This document shows, piece by piece, positions 26,187 through 40,004 of a stretch of 64,000 nt of DNA (position 1 is the stretch's first letter; each line of letters begins with the position of its first letter). Made by a program: the position numbers and the translations under genes. The stretch is from Octopus sinensis (lineage: Eukaryota), in the NCBI RefSeq assembly GCF_006345805.1, contig NC_043012.1, positions 41,044,001-41,108,000 of the forward strand. Direction: 5' to 3'. The notes under the pieces are model-generated. The model saw only the letters and a list, made by a program, of their open reading frames with translations. It was not told the DNA's origin and searched no databases.

Positions 26187-27039
26187 GCATATATATGATT
26201 ATATCTATATCATTATCACGGTATCGAATTCTGTCATTTGATGTGAAAGTGTAAAGTAGCAATTCGATGATATGTAATCAATGAAATATATGAGATGATT
26301 GAAATACGAAACAGGAACGAACAATATCGACAAAAGCCTTCAAGATGGTGACCCATCATGGCTGAATTCCAACAAAACAACAAAACAATAACAGAATAAA
26401 AGGCTAATATAAAACATTTCAGAATTAATGTACCAAACTGCCAAATCGCCGTAGAGAATTTTCTTGAGAGCATTCTGATATTAGTATAAATGCATTAAAT
26501 AAAAATTAATTGAATACTTAATATCGGTGTTGTACAGAGGCCAAATATGAGCAACCGGAAGAAGCAAATTCACCATTCATTTGTTTCCGGTAACAACGCG
26601 GAGACAAATTTGTAATTGGTTGGGATGTGGGTCACTGACCTTGATGCAACGTTATTGAGAGATTTGAATACGATTTTATTGATGCGAACGAAAGTCGACA
26701 CCAATGGAAGTTTAGTAATGTGTTAGTATCGACCAAGACACAGCGAAGGATTTGGATTATCTTTGTAGCACTTGCTCCCTTTACTACAAAGCTCTAACTA
26801 CACGCCTACTTATGTACATACGTAAGTATATACACACGTATATACATACATGTTCGCATACATTTGTACGTATATACTTGGGTGAATAGATACGCACGTA
26901 CATAATTAAACTGAAGCGTGCCTACATACACATATACGCGTACAAATACTTACCTACATATATAGGTACATGGAAGCACATAAGAATATGTACCTTACAT
27001 GACACACTTACATATAAATATATACACATATATACAGAA

Positions 27040-27203
27040 ATGAAGCAGACGTGACTGTGTGGTATGAGGCTTGGTTCCAAACGACACTGTTCGGGCTTAG
27101 TGCCATTGCGTTGGCACTTTGGGCAGATTTCTTAAAACTAAGTCTCGAGCTGACCAAATCTCTGCGAGTGGATTTGATAGACGGAAGCTGAAAGAAGCTC
27201 ATC

Positions 27204-27295
<92 letters not shown>

Positions 27296-27490
27296 TGTGT
27301 GTGTGTTTGTATGTGTGTGTGTGTGTGTGTGTGTTTTCACTCACTACCACTTGACAACCGGCGTTAGGGTGCTTAAACCCTCGTAACTTGCCGGTTCGGC
27401 AAAATAGCCTGGTGGAATAAGTAACAGGCTGTAAAAATTAAGGACCAGCGTCGATTCGCTCGACTAAATTTCTACAGTGTGGTGCTGAAG
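27040..27490 (+). mobile_element. SINE family B, full length, diverged
   Basis: gagtggatttgatagacggaagctgaaagaagctcatcg-(TA)n(TG)n-ccacttgacaaccgg. Confidence 0.82.
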
Positions 27491-29032
27491 CAACAGATAA
27501 ACGATACAAGGACGTGTGCACATACATAGGCATACGCGTGTATAGTAGATCCAATCAGCCATTCGGAATATATCCCCACCGTTATCGCTACCAATATTAC
27601 TCCCAGAACAACCACCACACCAACGCCACTGAGGCCTTGCGTTTAGCAAATCCAACAATGTTTCTGACAATAAATTCCGATCTTTCTCCCAAGGTTACAG
27701 AGACAGTTAAAAGTCTCATAGAAGCTACTTTCCCTATTTTAAGCCGTTAAAAGCCCGATAATGGAAATCTGTAACTTATTATATATTCCATAATATTTTA
27801 TCGTAAGATTCGCCCTGGATAGGAAGGTGTTAAATATTGATTAGCTTCCAGTCGCTTTCTTGACATTAGATCGTTTTTTCAGAAAAAACACTGCCGTGTA
27901 AATCAACCGAATGTTAAATTATCTCCCTTTACCACGAAATTTCTTTTTCACTTTGCTGCTGACCGCCACCGTTTATTCTTCTACGACGATAATTTGGGGA
28001 AGAACTGGATTTCAGAATGAATTTAATACATTAATCAAATATCTCTTAGAACATACTAGAACTCTGACTGAAATTAGGTTAGTTGTATGCTATATTCTAG
28101 AAGACTGGACAATTGTACTAAATTTACGGAGCATGAGCAAATTGCTGGCAAGCTTTTCAAATTATTTTACAAAAGATAGCAATGCGTGTTGTGTTCTGAA
28201 GTAGAGAGAGAAGCAACCAGCCACGCGAAAATCTGTTTGTGTTACGCTTAGACGCTTATTCGAATGAAACCTACCGGCGACATTGGGCCTATGAAGGTTA
28301 AATAACTATTTTTGAATAGACTCATAATGGAAGCTGCGCACATTTAGTTGTTCATCTCGATGAATATATTATAGTTTTTATTTTTAAATTGAAAATAGTG
28401 CAACAATTAACGAAAGAATCGAAACAATATATGGATAAACCTGTTTTATCAGAAAAAGTTTTATCCAGATTCAATACGATTTTGGAACTTGGAATATGTT
28501 GGTGTCGTTCGTCTAGAAATTACCCTTATTTAAATAAAATGAAACGAAGGCAAGTCTTCCGTCCGGACACAAATAGACAATCAGTACCTGAGTATACGAC
28601 TGGTACGAGATAAAACTAGATAAATTGAATCCACATATATGGTTCATTAATTTGGAGATATCTTGCTAAAACGTGAAGTAAAATATGGTACCTTAACATT
28701 TAACGGGTCAAAATAGAAATTCGATCGCTTTGACCGATGGCAATGTAGTGGAACTAAACGTATATCCAAAGTAAATGAATAAAAATGTCAACTTCAGATT
28801 ATTGCAAGTAATTAGACATGATGTAGTCTATGTAGAGATATATGAACCAAGAAAGATTCTAAACAAAACACTCCATTTGACATTAAGTCCAATAATTAGA
28901 AAGAATAGGATTACAAAAGGCTGAGCGGCATTTCGCCCGTCTTTACGTTCCGAGTTCAAATATCACTGAGTTCGACTTTGCCTTTCATCATTTGGCAGTC
29001 GATAAGATAAGTACCATTTGAACAATGGGTCA

Positions 29033-29109
<77 letters not shown>

Positions 29110-29110
<1 letters not shown>

Positions 29111-29645
29111 GAGCAGGAGAGCAGTGCATGCCATCAAAGTGACGCTGGGGTAAGATATACGAAGCCCAGTACACCCATCATAACTACCCGTCTGATAAGC
29201 AGACCCCAAGCCCATGCGTCACAACCATATGTGCACAACATAATGATCTCATATTAAGATACACAGCCTATGACCTTGCAAGTGGGGCCCAGTTAGAATT
29301 TTCTTTGAGAAGCCTATTCTGCTCAAAACGTCCCTGAATAAGGGTTGTTTAAGGATGTTGGATGGAAACACAATGTTTCCAGAGGTGAATTACTCAAACC
29401 CCAAAGAATCCCTCTCAACACATGGGTATGATGCTCCCCCACTATTTCTGGCCGTGATCAGAGATGCACATATTGCCAGCCACTAAGGGACATGGTCAAC
29501 TGGTTAAGGTGAAACAACTGACAAGCAAGTCTATGGTATTGAGCAGAATATTTACTGTAGTCTATCTTTTATACCAAGACAAAACAATGTACATGATAAC
29601 ACTTCCAATAAAGTAGGATGAGAAACCATGAGAACCAGTGTCTGG
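29110..29645 (-). mobile_element. Non-autonomous retroposon with (AAT)n 3' tail
   Basis: About 530 bp of GC-richer sequence abutting a long (TAT)n tract (29033-29110), which would be the 3' tail on the minus strand. It matches a recalled abundant octopus interspersed repeat; no ORF. Confidence 0.6.
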
Positions 29646-29789
29646 TTATCACTATTCATTCAATTTGGTTTCCATTTCTTGCCGAATGTCTTCCTGACAC
29701 CTAGGGCATAGAAGGAAAGAAAGAAAGGAAGGATTAAGAGGAAGAAGCGAAGGAAGAAGAAGAAGAAGAAGAAGAAGAATGAATTTTTA

Positions 29790-30560
29790 TTTCGACCAAA
29801 GTCATGGTCTTACTCAAGATTCAAATGTGATGATTGACATTAAAACCCCTCAAATGTGTCAGGTCATTAAACTATCTTGGAAGTATAGTAAACTTTGTGA
29901 GTATTCAGGATGATGAAATTAATGTTAGAACATCTAAGGTTACAAATGCTTTTGGAAAACTTCCCCATCGTTTGTGGAACAAACACAGTTTCAAAACTAA
30001 AATAAGTGAATACAAATCTTGTATTTTGGGCGCGCTTTTGTACGGGGAAGAAATATAGACTTCCTGTAACATTCATATAAAGAAACTAGAAACATATCAC
30101 TTGTGCGGTCCTCGAGAGATCTGCAACACAAAATGGAAAAAGAAAATTAGAAGAATACCTCCATGAAAGTAAGCATGGTTTTGAGAATTCAATGCAGATC
30201 GGTTGGACATGTTGTTCGAATGCAAGATAATCGCCTACCGAAACTCTTTTATAGGGTCAATACGTAAAGGGATTACGCGGCTAAATAAGATCCATCCTTA
30301 GATATAGGATATGTTGAAACGATCGCTAAAATCCATACAGCTTAATTTAACATTTTGGGAAAATTATTGCCTAGATTGATCTGAGGGTTTTAAAAAGTAT
30401 CTTCATGCATCAAAACGATTTGTGTTGAAGAAACAGAAGAATAAAAGGATTCTATCCGGCAATCAAAAGACACATTTATCCAACGCCAAGCAATATCGAA
30501 ATCATCACTGTCCCCTTTGTGACTTCATACCAAAATCCATAACGGGAGTCTACGTTGCTT
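29790..30560 (+). mobile_element. RTE-BovB-like LINE, 3' RT/C-terminal relic with frameshifts
   Basis: TKVM...LNYLGSIV...DDEINVRTSKVTNAFGKL..RLW...TKI..YKSCILGALLYGEE; in another frame GHVVRMQDNRLPK; terminal CPLC zinc-finger-like remnant. Confidence 0.88.
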
Positions 30561-30683
30561 CTCCTATTTTCCATCACCTTTTCAAGTCATTTCCTTCTAA
30601 CACTCATACGTTGAAATCAACGCGAGTGATCATCATAATCTTCCTCCTCCACCTCCTCCTCCTCATCATCATCGTCGTCGTCG

Positions 30684-30734
<51 letters not shown>

Positions 30735-30735
<1 letters not shown>

Positions 30736-30970
30736 TTCTCTTTATCTCAGGTTTTGCTGGAGCTCCTGGAGTCTTGTATGCGTAACGGGCTTACTACCTG
30801 CACCCTACGGTACCACGCCATTAATTGCTTTCAGCTCTCAAATACTTTCCTGATTATTCTGGCCGTGACAAGGTGGCAGACCTTTTGTAACAGTTCTTGC
30901 CTTCTGATACTGTTCCCAAGAACCCAACAATAATTGGCACTATGTTCACCCTTCTTAATTTTCCATATTA
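30735..30970 (-). mobile_element. R4/Dong-like RLE non-LTR retrotransposon, 5'-truncated 3' end
   Basis: Minus strand gives VNIVPIIVGFLGTVS and ELLQKVCHLVTARIIRKVFES* (compare VIPIVIGALGTV and LQKACLLGTARILRKVL). A short 3' UTR and an (ATG)n tail follow; (AAT)n lies at the 5' junction. Confidence 0.75.
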
Positions 30971-30976
30971 TTATTA

Positions 30977-31032
<56 letters not shown>

Positions 31033-31779
31033 TACATTCTTCTATCTATCTATTATACACACACACACACATCTGTTTGTTTAACGAAGTTTGATGTTAA
31101 TTATTATGGAAAAATTACTTCCTTTCGACAAGAACAAATATTTGAAAATCCGTTGTAGCGAAATATTTATCACAAACAACGATCATAGAAACTGCTAACC
31201 TAAAAACCTTGTCTATGTTAATTGGTAATTTCAAACATTTACGTATAATTAATCGCTATACTGTTGATCGTTAGAGAATAATTCCGAAACGTTAATCTCT
31301 CAGACGCTAACAATTTGTCTCATAAAAGGAACATAATGAATTATTATGAACGGAAATTAATGGATGATCAGAGATATTTGATAGTGGTGCCATAAATGGC
31401 AACAGATTAAAAATACTTTAAACGCTTGATTATCAGAGCAGAATTAATGTTTTTTTATTTTAATGGCTTAGAAAAGGAAGTGCAGCCAGGGCTCATGAAT
31501 TTTTTATAGCACCAACACTATTAAGAAGGAGAGAGTTGTTATTGTTTCCACCAGAGTGCAGAGTCGAATTTGCTCATCGATATGTATCCACTACATTACC
31601 CAAGGGCCAGTTTGGATTCTTCAGCCTGGTTACACGGTGTCACCCATGAACATAAACGGTTCCTACAAGGGGCTTCCACGAAGATTCTATTAAACTTCGA
31701 TCTGAAGTATTTTGGAGCCGTTGCCAAAACACACACACGCGCGCGCGCGCGCGCATAGACACGCACACGCACACACACA

Positions 31780-31995
31780 GACAATGGTTTCAAATTTTGA
31801 CACAAGTTAGCAATTTCGGATGTGGGTACAAATCCACAACATGGACCGCCAGTGCTCAACCGGTACTCATTTTACCGACCCTGAAGAGATGAAAGGCAAA
31901 GACGACCTCGGCACCATTTGAACTAAAACCGTAAACATGGACTAAATGCCGCTTAGCCTTTTGCCCGTGGCGCTAACGATTCAGCCATCGCGCCG
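31780..31995 (-). mobile_element. SINE family A copy
   Basis: gatgaaaggcaaagacgacctcgg...gccgcttagc is the reverse complement of the consensus. Confidence 0.8.
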
Positions 31996-34868
31996 CAATA
32001 CATACATATAAAGATGCATTTATTCATAAAATGACTTTAACTAAATAAAGAAATTAATTCGTATTGAAGAGTTAAATGCTTATTCTTAAACAAGTGAGAG
32101 TAACTTCGAAGTTTCGAGAGCATCGGTTTTAAAACTGTTTGAGGAACAGATATTGGCGATATATAAAAGTTTACAAGAATCAGATATATGATCAATAGTT
32201 GTAAAATGTTGAGAAGAATTATCAGCAAAAATGATTTATCTAATTGTATCACCAATCTTTATAAAAACCAAACTATGCTAAAAATATTGCTTTAGAGCAA
32301 GATCTGGAAGATAAAACCCAATCACTTGCTACATAAAAAATAAACAATACCATATTCTTTATAAAGACCACCATAAAGTAAATGTTACTAACAATAGTTC
32401 ACTTGATTTATTTCTTTTCCTATTAGTGATTAATTTTTTTTCAAAGTTGTTAACTTCCTTCGTGTTATATTTAACCCAGATAATTCACAAAATGGATTCC
32501 ACAAAGTGAGAGCAAAAATCAATGGAAAGATTTTACATATTACCAAATTCTGCATCATCCCAAGAATACTTTTAAGTATTAAGTAGAAAAAAAAATGTTT
32601 CCGTATAACAATGTACCTTATCTTCAAACGAACAGGTTTTTATTGAAATATCCAACTATTACGATGAAGAACGCTGTGGAAGCTGCTACAATAAAAACAG
32701 TAAAATATAATCAGAATATAGTTTGCTAGAAGACTAACCAAACATAGAAAGAGAAATGTAGACGGGTATAATCCATTGTTTAGTGGCACCTGTTGCTAAA
32801 TATTTTCCAAGATGCTATAAGAGAAAAAACATTTTCCTCTAAACCACAAAGTCTATAAATTATTGTAGTAAAATTATGTTACGATCTCTTAAGCAAGCAT
32901 ACACGTTTTGCCCAAACGCTAACGACTTCTATTATTTTAAAATCAAACACCTTATGCCGTCGACGTCGTTTTAATTGTATTAATATCTATACTTATACTT
33001 GTGCATGTGAACGAAATTGCAAGGTTATAGAATAAATTTGCTGCGTGAAGATCAACATCAACTTGATGCTATTCTAATTAGGTAGAGTGAGAGGTTTTCC
33101 CAATGACAAACTACAGTGAATGGCCTTCTTACGAGTTTAAATATGCCTCAAATATATTCGAACTGGTTACAAGTATTTTATTTATACAAATCAGTTTAAC
33201 GCCGTCACATCAGGTCTACTATATTAGTTTCATTGCTAACTCATTGAAAAATTACACATATACACACACACTTTGAATCTCACGAGGAATAGCCAGTACC
33301 TCATTTTTTAGTTATACATCGTCTTAGTCATCTTACAAACGTTTTGATATTACGTGGAAACTTTTGTTTTACACTTGCTTAAACAAGTTCTGTGCCACTG
33401 TTGCACTTCTGAAATATACGAAATTTTAATTTTCAAGCTTAAATGATTTAATAGCTTCACTAAAGTCGTCTTATCTTGTAAACATAGAATCTTTATAAAT
33501 TGAAACTTCTAATATTTTAAGCTTATACTTTTCCTTGGGAGATAATATTCCACGCCCATACTTTCTTCTAGTATATGCACCTTCTTAATAATATAAACAC
33601 TTTCACCACATACAGTAACCGCTCACGTTAACAAACCGCCATTGTGCATGTGATCATTCTAACTTCCTGAGTTTAGTACAGGATATCCTTAGTACGGAAT
33701 ATCTGTACAATTACAGCCTATAAATCCGTTTTTTTTTATTACAATACAGTTCACCCTTTTGGTCTAGTATTCTAAAATTTTAAACCACAACTTAATATTT
33801 TATTCCTTCACTTTCTGTATTCAAATTATTATTAAAATCATTATCAACAATTATTTTGCTTAAATCTTTCGAGTGAATGGGTTAAATTAAATTTCTGTTG
33901 CCGGATCTAATTATACCACAATTGGTATCCTACCTTATTGTATTTTATTTATTATTCAGCTTTATAATCAAGAATCATTCTAGATTTTGTGATAGCTTCT
34001 TTCATATATAATTACATGTATTCGTTCACTAATCAATATAAACATTTCTGATACACTTACATATCGTAACCTGTAATATTATTCTGCTTTTTATCCCCTT
34101 GTGATATCGTCAAAACCATTCAATTTTAGCTTTACTTCTGCATTCAATGCGACAAAATTTCTGTAAAAACTGGATATCATGCATAGTGCATTTGTTTGAG
34201 TATATAGGTGGGTATGTGTGCAGGTGTGTGCATGTGTATGATGTATTTTAGTAAATAATTCCATTGAACTCGCTTTTACGTATTTCATCTCAACGCCACA
34301 TTCACGTTTCCATACAAAGAACGATCTATTTGCAACAACATTTTAATATCGATTGCTGTTTTAAGAGATACGGTTTTGCTTATATTTATTTCACTGCCTT
34401 ACATTTATGCATACATGCATGCATGTATGAATACGTACATATGTACGTACATACACACATGCGTATATAAATATATATGCATAGGCACATATATTTGTAT
34501 ATATGATAAATATTGATGTAGATCCACAAACACACACACACTCACACACATGCTCACACACACACAAACACACACACACATATATACACACATATACACA
34601 CATATATACAGATTGTACCTAAATCTAAACATACTGCTATATAGGTATATTTTTACCAAATATCTCTTATACAACTCTTCATACACAGGCAAACGCACGC
34701 TCGCACCCACACAGATACACAGACACACACTCACACACGTACACACATACAAACACACACACACTCAGGCTGTTCGATATTAAATTGCTAGATGATTATC
34801 ACTTCATACATATCAATACATCTTAATACATCTTACTATATCTAAAGTTCTATTTTCTTGGATACCAG

Positions 34869-35344
34869 ACTTCACATTCCTTTTAAAAGTAGCAGTTTAT
34901 ATTGCACTTGCATATATGTATATATATAAATAAAATTTTCGTTCTATCCACATAATTCTACTTTAGCATAATATATTTATCTGTTTCTCTAAACCACTGT
35001 CCTTTTCCTTTTTTCCCCAACCTCTCTATATCTATCAATAAATGGATTTCCTATAGAAAAATATGTACCTTCAGAAAGAATTGTTTTTAAATTCTAAATT
35101 GCAAGCCTTGTGTTCAGTCTAAAGTGTACTTCAGTGTTAATTTAATCTGGCAAAAACAAGCAAAATTTAATAATGGTATTGTTTTACACATTATATATAC
35201 AAATATTTGTATATTACACACACACACACACATATATATATATACATGTATGTATGTATAAATATATATATACATACATTCATGTGTGTGTGTGCGTGTG
35301 AAAGAGAGTATTATATAAACACGTATATATTTATGCTATATATG

Positions 35345-35399
<55 letters not shown>

Positions 35400-36138
35400 T
35401 GTATATGGCTTTTAGTAACAGATATTTGCAAACGTTGTATTGATTTGTAAACATCGTGTATATGAAAAAAATTGTATGATATTATACACGTTTTGTTGTA
35501 TTGTCATTGGAATTCTAAGATATGATATCGGTTTTTTCTTTGCTTTGTGTAACAGAATCAAGAGACGATGTTCCGTCCAATGTATTGAAGTAGACGTTCT
35601 TTCTTTAATATAGGGTCATATACATACATACACACATAAATATATGTATGTATATATGTATATATGTATATATATATATATTATACATATGTATGTGTGT
35701 GTGTGTGTATGTGTGTTTGTGCGTGTGTGTGTGTATCCTTGTATGTATGTATATTAATTCCTACAGGAGACGTAGGTTCCAGTTCGGCAGGCACCCTCCG
35801 AATTTTTCTCTCCAAGAGGATTTTCCAACCCAATATTTACATTCTATAGAATGTAAATAGAATTATGTGGATAGAACGAAAATTTTATTTATATATATAT
35901 ATATATATATATGCAAGTGCAATATAAACTGCTACTTTTAAAAGGAATGTGAAGTATACACACACACACACGCACAAACACATACACACACACATACATA
36001 TGTATAATATATATATATATACATATATACATATATGCATACATATATTTATGTGTGTGTATGTATGTATGTATATGACCCTATATTAAAGAAAGAACGT
36101 CTGCTTCAATACATTGGACGGAACATCGTCTCTTGATT
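34869..36138. repeat. Nested inverted duplication: A 34869-34960 / A' 35858-35955; B 35556-35736 / B' 35956-36138
   Basis: Direct reverse-complement comparison shows near-identical arms, including the microsatellite interruptions. Confidence 0.92.
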
Positions 36139-36249
36139 TATAGCAAATAAGCATATTACAAAAGAGAATTGTTCCACATTATTTCATTGTTTACGAAGTT
36201 CATAAATTATTGTGACGTCACCAACAGATGCATATACATACATATATAT

Positions 36250-36430
36250 ATGTTGGACCATTGGACTCAACACGTTTTTACATTCTCTCACTATTTCCCC
36301 TTCCTCCTTCCTGTCGAAGAGTGAAGGCTCGAAACGTAAAAGACATTTCCATTTTTCTCGAGCGTCAAACTCATACACCAGCCGTTGTTCCTACACCTGT
36401 CTTCGTCTTTGTTTTTCTATAAATTTGAAA
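36250..36430 (+). mobile_element. Second copy of the variant-core hammerhead-like repeat
   Basis: CTTC-CTGTCGAA-GAGT GAAG GCTC-GAAAC-GTA-AAAG at 36307-36342; shares the downstream tract acatt..ca(a)tt..tc..gagcgt...ac..atac with the 62.4 kb copy. Confidence 0.6.
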
Positions 36431-36984
36431 TATATATATATATTTAACAACAGATAACTACGTAGACAGATTACTACGTATCTGTCTATATACATGTGTA
36501 TATATATATATATATGGGTGTGTCTCTGTGTGTGTTTATTGGGAGAATCTTTAGAGCATCGGCTAACCTGCATTATGATCTTCGTTCTGGTATTTTATTG
36601 CATAAATTCAAGCTCCTGGCAGTCACTTTTACATTTGAAACCTTCGGGATTGGTATATGTATTATTTGGAATTTCTGAGGACGATTGTTCTTTTTCTTTT
36701 TTCACACCTTCTCTTTGGAAAGAAATCAAGTATGTTCCAACTTGAAGAGAAATGTTCCTCATTGTTTTATATGCCCTGACATATGCCGTATGTCAGAACT
36801 CCCTTCAGGAGTCGAACCTTTCACCCCATCGTCAGAAGAGAGACACATTTTCAATATGCTTCGCAGAGAGATATCGAACTCGAAAATGCTTAGTTACAAA
36901 TTGATCTCCTTACTCACGCGGCAATTTTTGCACCTACACATTTAACTGCAAGTAATTTACCAAAGACTATTTTCTCTGCTCCTA

Positions 36985-37170
36985 AAATCCACCCTTCCAT
37001 CCATCCATCCATCCATCCACCCATCGATCGATCGATCCATCCATCCATCCATCCATCCATCCATCTATCCATCCATCCATCCATCCATCAACCCATCCAC
37101 CCATCCATCCATCCATCCATCCATCCATCCATCCATCCATCCATCCATCCATCCATCCATCCATCCGTCT
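36985..37170. repeat. (CCAT)n microsatellite
   Basis: Direct reading. Confidence 0.97.
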
Positions 37171-37189
37171 GTTCATTCATATTCTTTGC

Positions 37190-37380
37190 CCATTATTCCT
37201 AGGATGTTCGTGAGGATAGAGTCGTCACTCACTTCCTTCGTAGTGTCCCATCAGAAGTATTCGTCATTAGACTCTCCAGTTAGGTTCTTAAGCCAATTGA
37301 GACTATGGGTTTTATCCAACCATCTCGTTCTGTGTCTACTGCAAGGGGTTCTGCCGAGTGGCAGACAAGGCTGAATGAAG
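37190..37380 (-). mobile_element. Possible degraded RTE-like LINE 3' fragment
   Basis: Minus strand LGRTPCSRHRTRWLD resembles G.R.RGRPR.RWLD; a (GGAT)n tract lies immediately 3'. Confidence 0.35.
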
Positions 37381-37510
37381 TTGAACCATTATTTTTTCTA
37401 ACTGTTACCTAAAACCTTTCCGGAAAACCCACTGGAACTTCCTGTCCAAATGAAGTTTAGAACTATCTCATTTTTTTGTTCATTTGTTGATTTTATCACT
37501 ATCTTCTCAT

Positions 37511-37545
<35 letters not shown>

Positions 37546-38139
37546 ACTCTTTATTCATGTCTGAATTCATGTCTGTTGTTAAATGCTTCATTAAACTTTT
37601 ACAAATCGTGTTAATCAAGCTTGAATATCGAACCATACTTACATAAAAATTATTTGTAAGTATGATAAAATTTCATTCTGCATATATGTTTTTGCTTTCT
37701 AATTGAGCTGTGATAATCAGAATGATCGATTAATGATTATCATTATTATTATTCCCCCATCGCAACATTTCTATAATCTCAAAAAATAGCAAAAAAAAAA
37801 ACGGTAAAGCCAAAATTTTAAGTCAAACAAAAATTTAGAGGTTATTTACCATATTCTATTCAAATAAATCATGAGACATCATTCCAAGCGCGTAGTTCCA
37901 TTATTATAAAGTTGAACATCTTCCAACTGAAAATGTTTCGTCTAAACTTAAAGCCAATTCTTAGGATCGGGAAATGTTTAGCAGTTCGAAGAATCAATAG
38001 CGTTTCTTTCTAGCGATAAGATCCAGTGATTCAAAGGGTTTACATTCAAACAATGGTCTTTGGCATTTATCTTTTATCTTTTACTTGCTTCTTTTATTAG
38101 ACAGAGGTCATGCTGGGGAACAGCGTTGAAGGATTTTAG

Positions 38140-38220
38140 GCGAAAAAATCAATAGAATAAATAAATCAACACCGTTTTTTAAGCGGGGTAGTGTGGGTGG
38201 GGGACAAAAAGACACAAACA

Positions 38221-38294
<74 letters not shown>

Positions 38295-38440
38295 CGATGG
38301 GCTTCAACAGTATTTCCCACCAAACTCAATCACAAGGCATTGTTCTGGTTGGGTCTCTAGTAAAGACACTTGAAAAAGGTGGATCGCTGTGGAAATGAAC
38401 ACGAAACCTTTTGATTGCTAAACAGCTTCTTGACCATATA
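38140..38440 (-). mobile_element. SINE family B, degraded copy
   Basis: Same layout on the minus strand, head-to-head with the 38611 copy. Confidence 0.7.
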
Positions 38441-38610
38441 CGCATGTCTACGTCTATTGTGTGTAGAAATAATCTTTATTAGCATGGAAAAGATATACTA
38501 ATTTTCTGTCGGTGTATTTTATGGCAAAACCAAAACACGGTAACGGCCCCGAAAATCGCAACCTTTTGGATTTTAGATCTTAAAAATTTGATATAAAAAT
38601 AAAGATATAG

Positions 38611-38772
38611 ACGCGGGAGTGGCTGAGTGGTAAGAAGCTTGCTTTCCAACAATATGGTTCCGGGTTCAGTTCCCCTGCGTCGCATCTTGGACAAGTGTCT
38701 TCTAATATAACCTCGGGCCGACCAAAGACTTGTGAGTGGATTTAGTAGACGGAAATTGAAAGAAGTTCGTCG

Positions 38773-38841
<69 letters not shown>

Positions 38842-39045
38842 TTGTGTGTTTGTGCTTTTTCCTCCACCATCGCTTGACAACCGATGTTGTATTTACGTCC
38901 CCGTAACTTAGCGGTTCGGCAATATACCGATAGAATAAGTACTAGGCTTACAAAGAATAAGTCCTGGTGTCGGGGTGTTCGACTAAATCCGGTGCTCCAG
39001 CATGGCCTCAGTCTAATGACTGAAACCAGTAAAAGAATAAAGAAT
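38611..39045 (+). mobile_element. SINE family B, full length
   Basis: A-box-like TGGCTGAGTGG, B-box-like GGTTCAGTTCC, cttggacaagtgtcttct, gacggaaattgaaagaag, (TA)n(TG)n, then a 3' domain ending tgactgaaaccagtaaaagaata. Confidence 0.9.
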
Positions 39046-39973
39046 ATACAAGTATATAAAATAATTGATTTTCTTTATTTAAATTTATTGAAACTCTTCT
39101 AAACAAAGAGACCTATATTTATAAGCAATAAAGCGAAGTTAAATGGAGTCTGCTTGGTTAGCATTTTATATAAAGCATTTATAGTAGGGATCGAGCATTG
39201 TCCCTGACAATTACAAAGCCTCGTGGAGAGCAACCTTTCTCGAATCGAAATATGGCGAGATATTTAAAGAAGTCAACAACATTAATGTAATGACTGAAAG
39301 AAATTGGATGTGATTTGATATTTCTTTCAGCAGAAAATTGGTCAGCACTAATAGCATTGAAAGAGCAATGAGAAACCACTGAATAATACTGCAAACATCA
39401 CTTACAATTATAGAGTGATCGATAATGGTGTTATCGAGTATTTCCCAACGTATTCGTTATTGTTGGAAGAACAATGCAAAGTTGAGTGATAACTGCGAAA
39501 ATGTGTTGGCAATGCTGGGTGTTTTTCTGTTAGGAGAGGAAGTTATGATAACACGTTTAATATATGTAAATAAACACGTCACAACGTATACAAATATCTC
39601 CACACATGCGAATAGATATTGTGTACATATATATATATATATATATTCACACACACATTTGGTAAAATGTGGCACAAAATGGAGGCAAAAGAACGTAAGG
39701 AAACCAGGGCGTAATCCCACAATAAACGTGAACATTCTCATCCTTCATCGGTTGTCGACCGAAAGTTTTCACCGTTTCGACGACTTATCAATGACATTGT
39801 TCAATTTGTCGGCTTCAAGAGCAGAAGGGTGCAACCGTATAAATGAGCAAGCATGAAAGTTAAAATAAGACAAGCACAAAAAAGGAGAGGACTTTAATGT
39901 GTACATAGAGTTATATGTGTGTTTGTGTATGCATGTATGTATGTATGTATGTATGTATGTATGAATGTATGTA

Positions 39974-40004
<31 letters not shown>

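Noticed and set aside
28389-28613. 74-aa ORF in non-repetitive DNA
   Set aside because: No recognisable domain or splice context; its length is within chance expectation.
36800-36842. Minus-strand CTGACGA...GAAA as a hammerhead
   Set aside because: No stem II can form (TGGGGT) and stem I does not abut the cleavage site.
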